The notes: generated from the letters alone by a model not told the origin. A stretch of 64,000 bases of DNA from Octopus vulgaris (GCA_951406725.2 OX597825.1:13950001-14014000); one strand, 5' to 3'. Shown: positions 1-13,230, numbered from the stretch's first letter. Translations and numbers: made by a program.

Positions 1-40
1 ATTTGGATGAGGGGATTAGTCAATTACATTGACTCCAGTT

Positions 41-126
41 CTGAAATGTGTCCACAACAAGCAAAATGAGGATGCATATCCGTCCCATGTAAATAATGTA
101 CAGAATTCCTCATCTCTAAAATATGG
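41..126 (+). mobile_element. Diverged 3' tail remnant of the tRNA-hammerhead element
   Basis: ctgaaatgtgtccacaacaagcaaaatgaggatgcatatccgtcccatgtaaataatgtacagaattcctcatctctaaaatat aligns by eye to 42961-43048 and 35281-35349. Confidence 0.7.
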
Positions 127-205
127 TATTATAAACTTAGATATTTGTGGTTTCCTGTTTGATTCTTGTACGGAATCAAAGCCAAATCCTTGGATTAATA
201 TAACA

Positions 206-448
206 TAGTGGTTCCCAAAGTGGGTGGTATTGCACCTCTGGGGGTGATGGAAAATTTCCGAGTGGGGGCGTTGAAGAAAAGTGGGACGAATATGGGATAG
301 TAATTCATGTAAAAACAACAAAATAAACAACAAAATAATGGGTTTGTTGGGTTAAGTTTTATTTGTGAAATACAGTTTGGGTGGAGGTGCTAGGAATGTG
401 GCCTGGGTGTCAAGGGGACGGCAGCCTGAAAAAGTTTGGGAACCATTA
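206..448. mobile_element. hAT (Charlie-like) MITE
   Basis: 14-bp TIRs tagtggttcccaaa / tttgggaaccatta (1 mismatch); 8-bp TSD atataaca (198-205) / atctaaca (449-456). Confidence 0.85.
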
Positions 449-559
449 ATCTAACAGAAGAGTCTATGAGTTGAGCTAAAATTATCTTTCTATATCAGTC
501 TTTCTCCCTTTTAGTATTTTTTTAGTTTCTATGTTTAGCAGGATCAGTATATTTACGTG

Positions 560-965
560 TTTATATCCCACAAGGGGGCTACACATAGAGGGAACAAACA
601 AGGAGAGAGAAAGGGATTAAGTCGAATACATTGACTCCAGTGCATAACTGGTAATTATTTAATCGACCCCAAAATGATGAAAGGTAAAGTCGGCCTCGGC
701 AAAATTTGAACTCAGAACGTAACGGAAGACAAAATACCTATTTCTTTACTATCCAGAAGGGGCTAAACACAGAGAGGACAAACAAGGACATACAAACAGA
801 TTAAGTTGATTATATCGACCCCAGTGCATAACTGGTACATATTTAATCAACCCTGAAAGGATGAAATGCAAAGTCGACCTCAGCGGAATTTGAACTCAGA
901 ACGTAACGGCATACGAAATACGGCTAAGTATTTCACCCGGCGTGCTAACGTTTCTGCCAGCTCGC
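560..965 (-). mobile_element. Family B SINE (Meta-domain-like), tandem dimer
   Basis: Two successive reverse-complement copies of gagttcaaattccgccgaggtcgactttgcctttcatcctttcggggtcgat...gtaccagt; head (ctgccagctcgc) at ~955. Confidence 0.85.
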
Positions 966-1469
966 TGACTTTTTCATGAACATATCTTTAACTATTGCTC
1001 TCAAACACCAACTCCACCACAACTACCACCACCACCACCACCACCACTACCAGCTCCATCATTGTCATTTTTGTTGAGATCATTGCTTTAAGCTTCCTAA
1101 GTTAGAATAGTTAAAAGGTGGAAAAAAAAAAGTGCCCCAGAGAACATGTGACCCCTTGAACTCTGCTACTGACTATTACTTTCTACATTGTTAGACTTCT
1201 TCTGGCCTGGTTACTTGGTTAGAAAATTAGACAAGAGAAGAGACGAAGCAATGCAGAGAAAAATAGAGGGAACAAGAGAATGTGCATGTTTGTATGTATG
1301 CGTGTGTGTGTGTGTGTGTGTTTGAATGTCATCATCATCACCATCATCGTCATCATCTTAATGTCCCCATTTCTAGGACTAGGAAATGAATAGCACTGCT
1401 TTTATGATGTGAGAGTTGCTTAAAGCTATGAAATAATGTCAAGATAAGGAGAGACAAACAATACGTATA

Positions 1470-1632
1470 GGCACACATGTGACTGTGTGGTAGAAAAGCT
1501 TGTTTCCCAACCACACGGCACTGGGTTCAGTCCTACAGTGTGGCACCTTGGGCAAGTGTCTTCTATATTTATAGGCCAACCTATGTCCTGTGATTGGATT
1601 TGATAGACAGAAACTGAAAGAAGTCCACCATA
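1470..1632 (+). mobile_element. Family A SINE (tRNA head + CORE-like), 5' part
   Basis: gtgactgtgtggtag...gggttcagtcc (A/B-box-like), gtggcaccttgggcaagtgtcttcta core, gaaactgaaagaag. Confidence 0.8.
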
Positions 1633-1660
1633 TATAAATATATATATATATATAATTAAA

Positions 1661-1908
1661 ATCACAATAAGGGTGAAAAAAATTGAATATTAATTAATAA
1701 CACCAATTTAAAAACACCAAGTGGCCTAGCATAAAAAAACTGGGATACAGTAAAAATTATTAATACGAGTAATATTAATTAAATTATTAATACAAGTAAT
1801 ATGTATTAATAATTTTTACTGTATCCCAGTTTTTTTATGCTAGGCCACTTGGTGTTTTTAAATTGATGTTATTAATTAATATTCAATTTTTTTCACCCTT
1901 ATTGTGAT
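1661..1908. repeat. Fold-back inverted repeat, 106-bp arms
   Basis: 1661-1766 is the reverse complement of 1803-1908 with one mismatch; 36-bp AT-rich spacer; flanked by (TA)n. Confidence 0.95.
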
Positions 1909-1924
1909 CTTATTACTTATTACT

Positions 1925-1982
<58 letters not shown>

Positions 1983-2184
1983 GAAGCATTGGTTATAGAA
2001 CAAACATTAAATTTGCGTCAACGACTTTATATACAACACCATGGTGATTTTTATATATGATTAAATGTTTGAGGGGTGGTGTTGTAATTGAATCCATGCT
2101 TCTTTATCTTCGTCTCATTTATATTCAAGCACTTCTTTTGCAGTCCTATAAAGCCTTTTCTTTAAAAAGTGACAAATATTTCTC

Positions 2185-2294
<110 letters not shown>

Positions 2295-2301
2295 GTGTTA
2301 T

Positions 2302-2690
2302 AGGTGTAGGAGTGGCTATGTGGTAAGTAGCTTGCTTACCAACCACATGGTTCTGGGTTCAGTCCCACTGCGTGGCACTTTGGGCAAGTGTCTGCTACTA
2401 TAGCCTCTTCTATAGTGTGTGTCCTTGTTTTGACATCATCTGATAGTTGTGAATGAGTCTCACTGTCGTACAAGCAGTGTCACTCATTTCCAATATTCTG
2501 CAAGAACATGTCCGGTCATGGGTAAACATTACCTTGCTTGGAAACAGGTGAGGGTTGGCAAGAGGGAAGGCATCCAGTCATAGAAAATCTGCCTCAAAGA
2601 AAAAAAAAAAAAAAAAAACTTCATCCAACCCATAGAAGCACAGAAATTGCAGACAGTAAAACAATGGCAATGATGATGTTGATGATGATA
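2302..2690 (+). mobile_element. SINE with family A head/CORE-like domain and family D-like 3' tail
   Basis: ggagtggctatgtggtaagtagcttgcttaccaaccacatgg head; gggaaggcatccagtcatagaaaatctg...catccaacccat...(gat)n tail. Confidence 0.7.
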
Positions 2691-3312
2691 TTTACAAACA
2701 TCCACCTTATCTGTGTTAGTATAAAGACAAAAAAAACAGAAAAAAAAAGAAATCGAAAACTACTGAGAAATTTATTTTAGAAAGAAAAAAAAAAATTTTT
2801 TCATTAACATAAATACTTTCGATAATTCTCATTGACTTCATGAAACCATACAGGATTTCTAAAACTCTTTAAGTTAATTTCTCTGCTAATATTTCAGATA
2901 ATTACTGAAATATCTCAAGTTCTACCATAAACTAATTTGTTTCATATTAAAAGGTATTCGTATAATTTCTCCTCACTCAAGTATTTTCCACACCAAAAAT
3001 TAAAATGTCAAAACATGTTCTTTAATTAGTTCAAATTAGACAAGATTCTCACCAATTTTTCTGGTTTTATTTTATTTACTCGTTATCGTAGTTGTCTCCT
3101 GTCTCCCAAGTACTCGTCCTTCATCTCGACAAGATTAAACTCAACGAATCAAAATGTAAATTAGCAATCAAGTGCTCTCCATTAAAGAAAGCAGAAAATT
3201 CTTTAAATATAATCAATACCAGAATTTATTTAAGAATACAAATAATTGCAAGGACACATTTTATTTTAGATTCTCTCTCGATATATTTATATATATGTGT
3301 GTGTGCATGTGA

Positions 3313-3441
<129 letters not shown>

Positions 3442-4315
3442 CATGTATGTATGTATATGTATGTTGCCAGCCTACCTATAATAATATGTGATATAAATTA
3501 ATTTGTGAATGGGTGTATATATATGTGTGTGTATATATGTATCTTCAATGTGAGCTTGTGGGCAAATGTATGTATTATTGGTACAAGTGTATATAAAGAG
3601 CATATATGAGAATATGTATTTAAATTTTAACATGACAATTGGTTGTTGCCCATTAATGTTTTCTTTCTTTTTTTCTTTCTTTCTGTCGTTTTGTTTCTTT
3701 TTTCTTCTCCTTTCCTCTCTCTCCCTCTCTTTTACTATCTCACAGATAATTATACATATGTTTACACAGTATTCTCCTAATTAATTTCACAATTACCATA
3801 TGCCTATCCTCTTCACGCCAGGAAATATATTCAAAATATTTCTGTATATGAATTAGTGTGCGAATATGAGTCTATGAGTCTATGTGTCTATGTGTCTATG
3901 TGTGTGCATGAGGAGAGGGAGGGGGTGCAGAAGGGGGATAGAGAAATAGACTGTGAGAGAGAGGCACAGAGAGAAAGAGAGAAGAGTATGTGTCTGACTA
4001 TGTACATCAGAGGATGCGAAATGAAAATGAAAATGAAAATGAAAACTGTATATTAAGATATTTTGAGCCAACACAATAAGATCTACCGAGAAACATCATC
4101 TCCATCTGAATTCACCTCTGTTATGTTATTAGCGCTTGTTTTATTCAATTTAGTTGGATGATGCAAAGCAGTTGACTTTGAGTAGGTTTCTGAACTTAGG
4201 TTGACAATAACCATTCTCAATGATACTTTCAGCTTTTGGCTGAAGGCCACCAAATTTGAAGTTGCATCACCTCCCAGTACTTGACTGATTTTTTAATTTA
4301 TTGGTCCAAAGAGGA

Positions 4316-4970
4316 TTACTCTTTTAGCAGCATTCAGATTATTCTAGCAAATGTAAAAAGAGCCCCTTCAGTTTTAAATCACCATGGGATTGCTCTGTGA
4401 AAGTTCTCCTCCGAGGCACAAGTCTGAGCAAGGTTGTTTATGGAAGACCAGCAGTCGCCCTTGCATATCAGCCTCTTGGTGGCACATGGCCTAGTGGTTA
4501 GAGCAGTGGACACGCGGTCGAGGGATCATGAGTTCGAATCTCAGACCGGGTGATATGTATGTTTATGAGTGAAACATCTGAGCTCCAAGTGGCTCCGGCA
4601 GAAAGTAATGGCGAACTTTCTGCTGACTCTTTTGCCTGTGCCAGTTGCATGTAAACAGCACCCACTACACTAATGGAGTGGTTGGTGTTAGGAAGGGCAT
4701 CCAGCTGTAGAAACACAACCAGATCAGACTGGAGCCTGGTGCAGCCTCCTGGCTTCCCAGACCCCAGTTGAACCGTCCAACCCATGCTAGCATGGAAAAC
4801 GGACATTAAACAATGATAATGATGATGATGATGATGACGATGATGATTGATCGTTTAGTTTCAGAACAACATTGTAGCATGGGTGCGAGAAGCTAGATCT
4901 GGTCAATTTGAACATAAAACAGGTACAATCTTTTGGCCTAATATGGCCAGTTTGAATGCTAGAGGATTAA
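4316..4970. mobile_element. piggyBac-type MITE split by nested insertions
   Basis: Left end (tagcagcattcagattattc) and right end (gccagtttgaatgctagaggattaa) match the family at 18536-19057 and 53277-53497. Confidence 0.6.
4480..4848 (+). mobile_element. Family C SINE head joined to family D 3' part
   Basis: ggcacatggcctagtggttagagcag...gttcgaatctc head to ~4633, then gttaggaagggcatccagctgtagaaa...ggacattaaac(gat)n. Confidence 0.8.
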
Positions 4971-5442
4971 AGGCAAAGTCAGTTTTGATAGGATTTGAAC
5001 TCAGATCATGAGGAATCAAAAGAAATGCCTAGTAGATTTTTGTCCAGCACAGTAATGCTTCTGCTAGCTTTTCACCCGTGAACTATTGTAAATTACAGAT
5101 GTCAATTATTCTTACACTCTAGTGTTGTGGTCATCGCTTTACATAAATAAAAAGCAAATGTTTTGATTCATAAATTCACCAATTCACCAGTAGCTAATTA
5201 TCCGGTCTCAAATAATTAAGTAATTCTAACCCTGATTAACAGAAAGATGTTATTACAACAATTTATCTGTATGATCACTTATGCATTAAATGGGATATTA
5301 TGTGGTTATTACGTCAATAATTATCTAAAAATTTATCTGTAAAAAACGTTATTAAAACATTCTAGAACATAATAGGTACATAGTGTTAGATCTAGTATAT
5401 AAATATATTTGCAGAAATATAATATGTTAAGAAAATATAGAT

Positions 5443-5610
5443 CGGCTCAGGCGTGGCTTTGTAGTAAGAAGCTTGCTTCCCAACCACATGGTTCCAGGTT
5501 CAGTCACACTGTGTGGCACCCTGGGCAAGTGTCTTCTACTATAGCCTCAAGCCAGCCAAAGACTTGTGAATGGGTTCAGTAAGTGGAAACTGAAAGAAGC
5601 CTGCCATGTA
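5443..5610 (+). mobile_element. Family A SINE 5' part
   Basis: Same head and CORE-like motif as other family A copies. Confidence 0.8.
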
Positions 5611-5645
5611 TATATATATATATATATAATATATGTATGTAATTA

Positions 5646-5841
5646 AGAGAAATAAGCTCTATTAAGTATTTCAAAAGTGAAAGACATTATCTACATTAAA
5701 ACATAAAGGAAAAATTTAAATATGGAAAAAATTTAAATATATTATAATAAATATTATTATAATATATTTAAATTTTTTCTATATGATTTAATATAGATAA
5801 TGTCTTTCAGTACTGAATTACTTAATAGAGGTTATTTTTCT
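5646..5841. repeat. Fold-back inverted repeat
   Basis: Perfect 26-bp arms 5725-5750 / 5754-5779 with a 3-nt loop, extended by imperfect arms (ctctattaagta...tgaaagacattatct / agataatgtctttca...tacttaatagag). Confidence 0.85.
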
Positions 5842-6232
5842 GGGCGACGCATTGTGTTCATGAGTAAAAGACTTCATTTCATGTTGCTCCAGTTCACTCA
5901 GCTGGCAAAAACGAGTAACGCTGCGATGGACTGGTGTCCCATCCAGCTGGGGAACACATACATCAAGGCTATAGTAGAAGATATTTACCCAAGTGGAACT
6001 GAACTCGGTGGAATTGAACACGGAACCATATGGTTGGGAAGCAAGCTTCTTACCCTTACCACACAGCCACGTTGCTCCTCTTTATGTTCTGAGTTCAAAT
6101 TCTGCCAAGGTTCACTCTGCCTTCCATCTTTTCAGGAGCTGATAAAATAAGTACCAGTCGGGCACTGGAGTTGATGTAACTGACATATGACCACCTCTGA
6201 AATTGCTGGCCTTGTGCTAAAATTTAAAACCA
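5842..6232. mobile_element. Cluster of SINE fragments: C-variant (+), A (-), B (+)
   Basis: ctgcgatggactggtgtcccatccag; gtagaagatatttacccaag...accacacagccac; gagttcaaattctgccaagg...gtaccagt. Confidence 0.7.
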
Positions 6233-6624
6233 ATACCTTTGCCCGAATTTGATAATGCTCAATGCACAGAAAATGGGAATTCTGAAAATATAAAACAATA
6301 AATAAAAGGAATTTTAAATTGGGAAAACAGATTTCTTTATTGGCTCTGCTATAATGTACATAATTTTAAATGTCCCACAGAGTATAAAGCTGAATGAATG
6401 ATAGATTCAACAATTAGCGATATATTATAATAGCCTCCATTATTTTTATGGTGTTTAGAGAATTCCTCCAGATAAATGTTTATGTTAGCATTTCATGATG
6501 CATCTTATATAATTGCTGTCATTTTAACTGTGTAATATGTAGACATTTAACAAATTGTCTAATTATCTTACTCTCCCTTTTTTCCTTACTGGCTCCTTTT
6601 CTCTCTTCCTCTATAGATACATAC

Positions 6625-6708
<84 letters not shown>

Positions 6709-6709
6709 A

Positions 6710-7084
6710 CTAGCAGTATCGCCTGGCGTTGCTTGGGTTTGTTTCAACCCTTTAGAATTGAAATTTTTGAAAAGTACAAAATTTTGCATTATGTAGCTTG
6801 TTATTCTCTTCAATTGAACATTTTTCTGGTTGGAATACACCAAAAAATGGTGACATGGCAGTGAAAAAGTCGTAAAAAATAGGGATTTTCATAGAAAAAA
6901 AGTACCTTTTTGATGTAAAAAATATTTGGTGTTAATATGGTGAGATTTTGAATTTTTTCTTCTATGGAAGGAAGAGCAAGCATTCTTCTATCATACTTTC
7001 AATTTTGGTCAACTTGTGCCACAGGGTCTCGGAGGAGATAGTGTTAGTTGAAGGCTACCAAACCTGCCATACAAAGACAACTTC

Positions 7085-7155
<71 letters not shown>

Positions 7156-7190
7156 TTTCTCTCTCTCTCACTATATATATATTTATATAT
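6710..7190 (-). mobile_element. Non-autonomous Helitron
   Basis: Minus strand ends cccaagcaacgccaggcgatactgCTAG|T: a GC-rich hairpin ~10 nt before terminal CTAG, in a TA tract; 5' end obscured by a (CT)n expansion. Confidence 0.7.
7088..7170. repeat. (CT)n microsatellite
   Basis: Direct reading. Confidence 0.95.
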
Positions 7191-7569
7191 ATATGCGGAG
7201 CAATGTGTTGTGTTTTTGCTAGGCAAAGTTCTCATCAGTGGCTACACCACAACAATTAACATATATTTTAGAGACAAAATAACAGGTGCCTCATACAGGT
7301 TCCACAGTATGAACTCTTTTGACGTGCCTTTTCAATCCTCCAACTGAGAGGTGCCCCTTTCCTCATGCTGCACATGTTCTGTTGTGAACAACAAGCATAT
7401 CACAAATTACCATTGGTCAATTCCTATGAGTTCTCTCATTGCTGACCAGGCCCGCACAACTCAACCACCTCCTCCCACAAACCACACACACACAAAATGC
7501 AACACTCCCTCATTCTCCACATTGCTCCAGTCCACTCAGGGGCTAAAAGTAAGTAATCACACAGCCTTA

Positions 7570-7892
7570 TTGAGTTCAAATTTCGTCGAGGTCTACTTTG
7601 CCTTTCATCTTTTCAGAGTCGATAAATCAAGTACCAGTTACGTACTGGGGTCGATCTAATCGACTTAATCCATTTGTCTGTCTTTGTTCGTCCATCCCCT
7701 CTGTGTTTAGCCCCTTGTGGGTAGTAAAGAAATAGGTATTAATTTTGCTGCTGCATTCTGAGTTTAAATTCCGCCGATGTCGACTTTGCCTTTCGGGGTC
7801 GATAAATTAAGCACCAGTTACATACTGTGGTCGATCTAATCGATTGGTCCCCTCCACACAAAATTTCGGGCCTTCTGCCTAGAGTAGAAAAG
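7570..7892 (+). mobile_element. Family B SINE, two tandem units with different 3' tails
   Basis: Meta-like core twice; tails tttagccccttgtgggtagtaaagaaatagg and gggccttctgcctagagtagaaaag. Confidence 0.85.
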
Positions 7893-8479
7893 TTTATTTT
7901 TAAAATAATGCTTAACGCAGCACACAAACTTTTCCCTCGACCTAGTACTTGGAATATCCTGTGACTTCTGTTTGTTCTTAGTATAAATCCTTTCCCACCT
8001 TTTGAAATAATAACAACCAGTCAAGTGCAGCATCTATAATTTCTTCTCATTTTCATCTTTTTAACTGTAGGTAGGGTTTAAGTAAAAGACTATTTATTCT
8101 TGCATTTTTCTGTCAGAATGAAGGAAATGTCTCACAAGCGAAGGAGATTTATCAAATAAGTGGTGTCATTTTCCTCAACTAAAAGCATTAATAGAATAAA
8201 TAAGAGACGGCTAGGTTTAATTCAATTGAATTTCTACACTGCATTTGAAAACTGAATTTGTATTCTGGTTAAGGTGAACGACTTTGTATACAAGAAATAA
8301 CAAAATATACTTTTGGAATTTCTTATCCTTTTGTTTTACTTCCTCTTTTAAATTCAGTTCACTGAACTAAAAAGCAATTAGCAAGACTTAGTACACAAGA
8401 GGAGGGGAAAAAACCCAAACATATACATACATACATACACAAAAATAGAAATATGTATATATGTGTGTGTGTGTATCTG

Positions 8480-8580
<101 letters not shown>

Positions 8581-8599
8581 TACATATATACATATATAT

Positions 8600-8656
<57 letters not shown>

Positions 8657-10080
8657 ATATATATGTATATATATGTGAGAAAAAACAAAGGAGTAAATAC
8701 ACAACTTGAACTTATTCAACTTTGTAAAAATGTTCACATTATTTTTTGATTGGTTGCTGATTAACCATGCTGAAACGAATTAGAAATACATAAATACATA
8801 CATACATACATATATATATGTATGTATGTATATGTAATGTATATATGTATATATACAAGCATATATATAGATTGTGTGTTTATGTATACCAAGATCGAGT
8901 TGAAGAACATATAAAAATTAAATTAAAGAAATATTTCATGTGAATTATCTGAAAATCAATAACATTGTAAAAAACAAATTTTTTTCTAAATAGGTAATAA
9001 AGTTAGTCTTCCATTTCATAGTCTTGTTCTTGGAACTTATGAATACATATCAGTGGTGTATTTATATAACATAAGTATTTAGTTTTGTGCTATAAAAAAT
9101 ATATCAAACTTTTAAGTAATTTTATAGAAGTTAAAAAGTGGTAGGACATATTCACAATGAAATAAACTAACACATAGACTTATATATATATGTATATATG
9201 ATTTTTTTGGAAGTGTAGTATATACTTAGCTAGAATAGCAACAACATAGATTTCTTCCATCTCCCTGCTCTGTTAAAATATTTGGGAAAATTATATTAAT
9301 GTGTCCAACTAATTAAAATTCTATTTATTTGTGCAGCTGATGATAGCTCTGCATTTAAATTGATATAATGATTGCATTGTTCAATTAAATGGAGCTGCTA
9401 CAAATGGTTGTACAGCATCACTTCTTGATATCCTGTTGCTTATTTTGATATATATAAACCCACATAAAGAATATCTGTGAGAGGATTGTAGCTTGTGTGT
9501 GTTTCTATTGTTTTAAATGTTAAACATTAATGTACACTCACAAGCAATTATGTTGCATCTGGTCTACTTGGATTTATATTTTCGTACATTCTGTTAAATG
9601 CATGCTGTGGCCTCAGGCAAGTGTATCACTCAGAATTCATCTGGTGAACGTTAAGGGAGGAAGAAGAGAGAGAAAATATTGTAAAAATGGCTCTAAATTA
9701 TAATTACTGCATTCATACATACATAAATATATACATGCAGCATATGCCCTTGTTATTACATATTGACATACGTATAGGCCAGTACAAATATATACATAAA
9801 TATATACATATATATATTCATATGGAATTCATTGCAAGCCGAAATGCGGTACAGGATGAAGACAGTTGAATAAGAAACTATGATATACACACTCACACAT
9901 GCATGCGCACACAAGCACACATATGCATAATGCATGTATATGTGTGTGAGTATACATATATATATATATACATAAATATGTGTATATATATTCATATATA
10001 TATATATATATACATATATCTGTTTATATATGACAATATATGCATATATATATATGTATATATATATATATATGTATATC

Positions 10081-10124
<44 letters not shown>

Positions 10125-10127
<3 letters not shown>

Positions 10128-11185
10128 GTTGGCGTTATATGCACCAGGCCAGTATCTGGCAGTGTTTCTACATATATAGTGTATATATATATATCGGATG
10201 GTGTTTTATGTGCCACCGACACAGGTGCCAGACGAGGCTGGCAGACGCCACGCTCGGATGTGTGTGTGTGTATATGTGATATATGGTGTTTGTTACGTAG
10301 GCCAGTCTATGCGGTACTGGCTACGGCCACGTTCGGATATTTTCTGTGTGCCATCAAGATACAAATTCCATTTATGTTCATCTATTTTGATTTGATTTGA
10401 TTTGATTTTCACTTGCCTCACAGGTCTTCACAAGTGTCACACGGTGGACTGTCTACGTGCGGGTCTTCGGATGGTGTCTTTATGTGCCACGACACAGGTG
10501 CCAGATGTGGCTGGCGAACGGCCACGGGTGTCTTTATGTGCCACCGACACAGGTGCCAGATGTGGCTGGCGAACGGCCACGATGGATGGTTTTCTTGTGT
10601 CCACCGGTACTGGAACCACAGATACAAATTCCATTGATGTTCATCTATTTTGATTTGGTTTGATTTGATTTTGATTTTTGATTTTCACTTGCCTCAACAG
10701 GTCTTCACAAGTGTCACGCGTGTCACACACTTGCCTCAATGCCTCAACAGGTCTTCACAAGTGTCACACACTTGCCTCTGCCTCAACAGGTCTTCACAAG
10801 TGTCATAGAGGGAAGGTATGACAGGTGGACTGACTACGTCACCGGGTCTTTGGATGGTGTTTTATGTGCCACCGACACAGGTGCCAGGTGAGGCTGGCGA
10901 CGGCCACGATCAGATGGTTGTTGTGCCACGCACAGAGTCGATGCGGTACCAGCTACGGCCACGTTCGGATGGTTTTCTGTGTGCCACCTGTACTGGAACC
11001 ACAAAGATACAAATTCCATTGATATTCATCTATTTGATTTGGTTTGATTTTCACTTGCCTCAACAGGTCTTCACAAGGTACTTGCCTCACAGGTCTCCAC
11101 CAGTGTCACACTTGCCTCTGCCTCAATAGGTCTTCACAAGTGTCACACACTTGCCTCAACAGGTCTTAGTGTCATAGAGGAAGGT
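10125..11185. repeat. CpG-rich hierarchical tandem repeat related to family D internal sequence
   Basis: Recurrent units tttatgtgccaccgacacaggtgccag..ggctggcga.cggccacg, gatacaaattccattgat.ttcatctatttgattt and cacttgcctcaacaggtcttcacaagtgtca. Confidence 0.85.
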
Positions 11186-11254
11186 ATATATATATATATA
11201 TATATACTATATATATATATATATATATATATTGTGTGTGTGTGTGTGTATTTG

Positions 11255-11316
<62 letters not shown>

Positions 11317-11454
11317 TATATAGACACACATGCACACACATACACAAACACATGCAAATGCAAATATACATAAATGCATAAAGATGTATATGCACACATA
11401 AATACTCATACACACTCACATACATATAACCATGCACATATAAAGAAATGCCTA

Positions 11455-11507
<53 letters not shown>

Positions 11508-12464
11508 TTATATATACAATAAACATATCTGTAGATATATGTGTAGTATATATATTCCCGTATGTGTATGTGCATGTATATACATACAAACACACACACA
11601 CACACACACACATACACACATATATATATATATGCACACACACATATATATATATATACAAACACATATATATACACACACACATATATATATACACACG
11701 CATATATACACACACACACACATATATATATATATACGCACAACAATATACACACACATATATATACACACATATTAGCTTCTTTTCCTTTATATCTTCA
11801 AAAGCTAGTTTCATATTCACATACATTTATCAAAAAAAAAGGAAACAAATAAAGCAAAAACAAATTGTATGATGTAAATGCTATAGACTTACAAGATATC
11901 ATAATTAAAACATGACATAAGAGAAGACAGTGTTTTATTGGGATATTTGCATGAAAATCAAACTTTGGTCGTAGATCTAAATAATCGCAAAACAATCGAA
12001 TTCTTTGCAAGGGAGACACCATTGATGGCATCAAAGAACAGCATAAAGAACTATTTGAATAAAAGGAACATAGACTGAATTTAATAGCTAAACTTGGGCC
12101 ATATAGCGAAACTAGAAAGAAAAACAATCTTTAGATAAATTAAGGAAAAAAAAATTATTATGAATATTACATAATATAATGAAATATACTTGTCGATATA
12201 TTTTAAACATTTCAAGGGAGAAAGACAGTTTTCACATAATTCAACAAGAATTAAAATGACAAAAGAGGCAAACTTTGGTAAATTTAATTCGAAAATTTTT
12301 TCTCTTTGCATATATTAATTAATCCGGTTTTGTATTATGTGTGTGTAAAACTAATTTGCATTTTTGCATTTACATATAGTTAAACTCATGTCAATTAGTT
12401 TCAGATTGTCAAATTTGGATACTAGAATTTTAATTAACTTATCATGATTAATGGGATGCTTCAA

Positions 12465-12495
<31 letters not shown>

Positions 12496-13092
12496 TATAT
12501 ATATATATATACATACAAATATATATATACATATATAGATGTAGATATATACATACATATACATACATACACACACACATATATATATATGTGTGTGTGT
12601 GTGTGTGCTTGGAATGTGCCCAGTATGGAGCGAGGAAGCCCATAGTTCAAATGGGGACTTAGTATGCATGTTGTAAAGACGGGATGTATTAGTTAGTGGC
12701 CAAAGGTCCTAATGAGAGCTCATTTATTTCACAGGTCCAGAGGGTGAATTTGTGCGCATGTGCAGTTTCTTTTGTCGGTTCTGAAGTGAACTTATTAATC
12801 AAATAATGATTATGCATTTGTGTCAGAGAGAAAAGTGGCAGTGGTTATGTATGCGTGTGTGCATGTGCATCTGTGTGTATATATACACATAGACAAATAT
12901 ATGTATATATGAATATATAAGCTCAAGCATATATATATGTACATGTATATATATATATATATATATACCGGAATAAACACATAAATGTGAAACAAGGTGG
13001 AAAAAAAGAGTACTCAAATACCAGGGGTAGAGTAATATGCTTTATTTAAAAGCGGCAGAAATTCAACAAAACCTGTTACTCGGAGTTTCACG

Positions 13093-13230
13093 CTAAATCT
13101 CCCTGAGAACTACGTTAACGGTACACGTGCCTGTGGAGTACTCAGCCACTTGCACGTTAATTTCACGAGCAGGCTGTTCCATTGATTGGATGAACCGGAA
13201 CCCTTGTCGTCATAAATGACAGAATGCCAT
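13093..13230 (+). mobile_element. 3' part of another SINE-like repeat
   Basis: GC-richer block ctcagccacttgcacgttaatttcacgagcaggctgttcc recalled as an octopod repeat; only one copy in the window. Confidence 0.45.

Noticed and set aside
8757-8782. CTGATTA..GAAA hammerhead-like spacing
   Set aside because: Core mismatch and no convincing stem I.
10125-11185. CRISPR-like array
   Set aside because: The repeats are separated by other repeats rather than unique spacers; eukaryotic context with no cas genes.
11930-12080. Short open frame GYLHENQTLVVDLNNRK...
   Set aside because: No recognised homology or exon boundaries.
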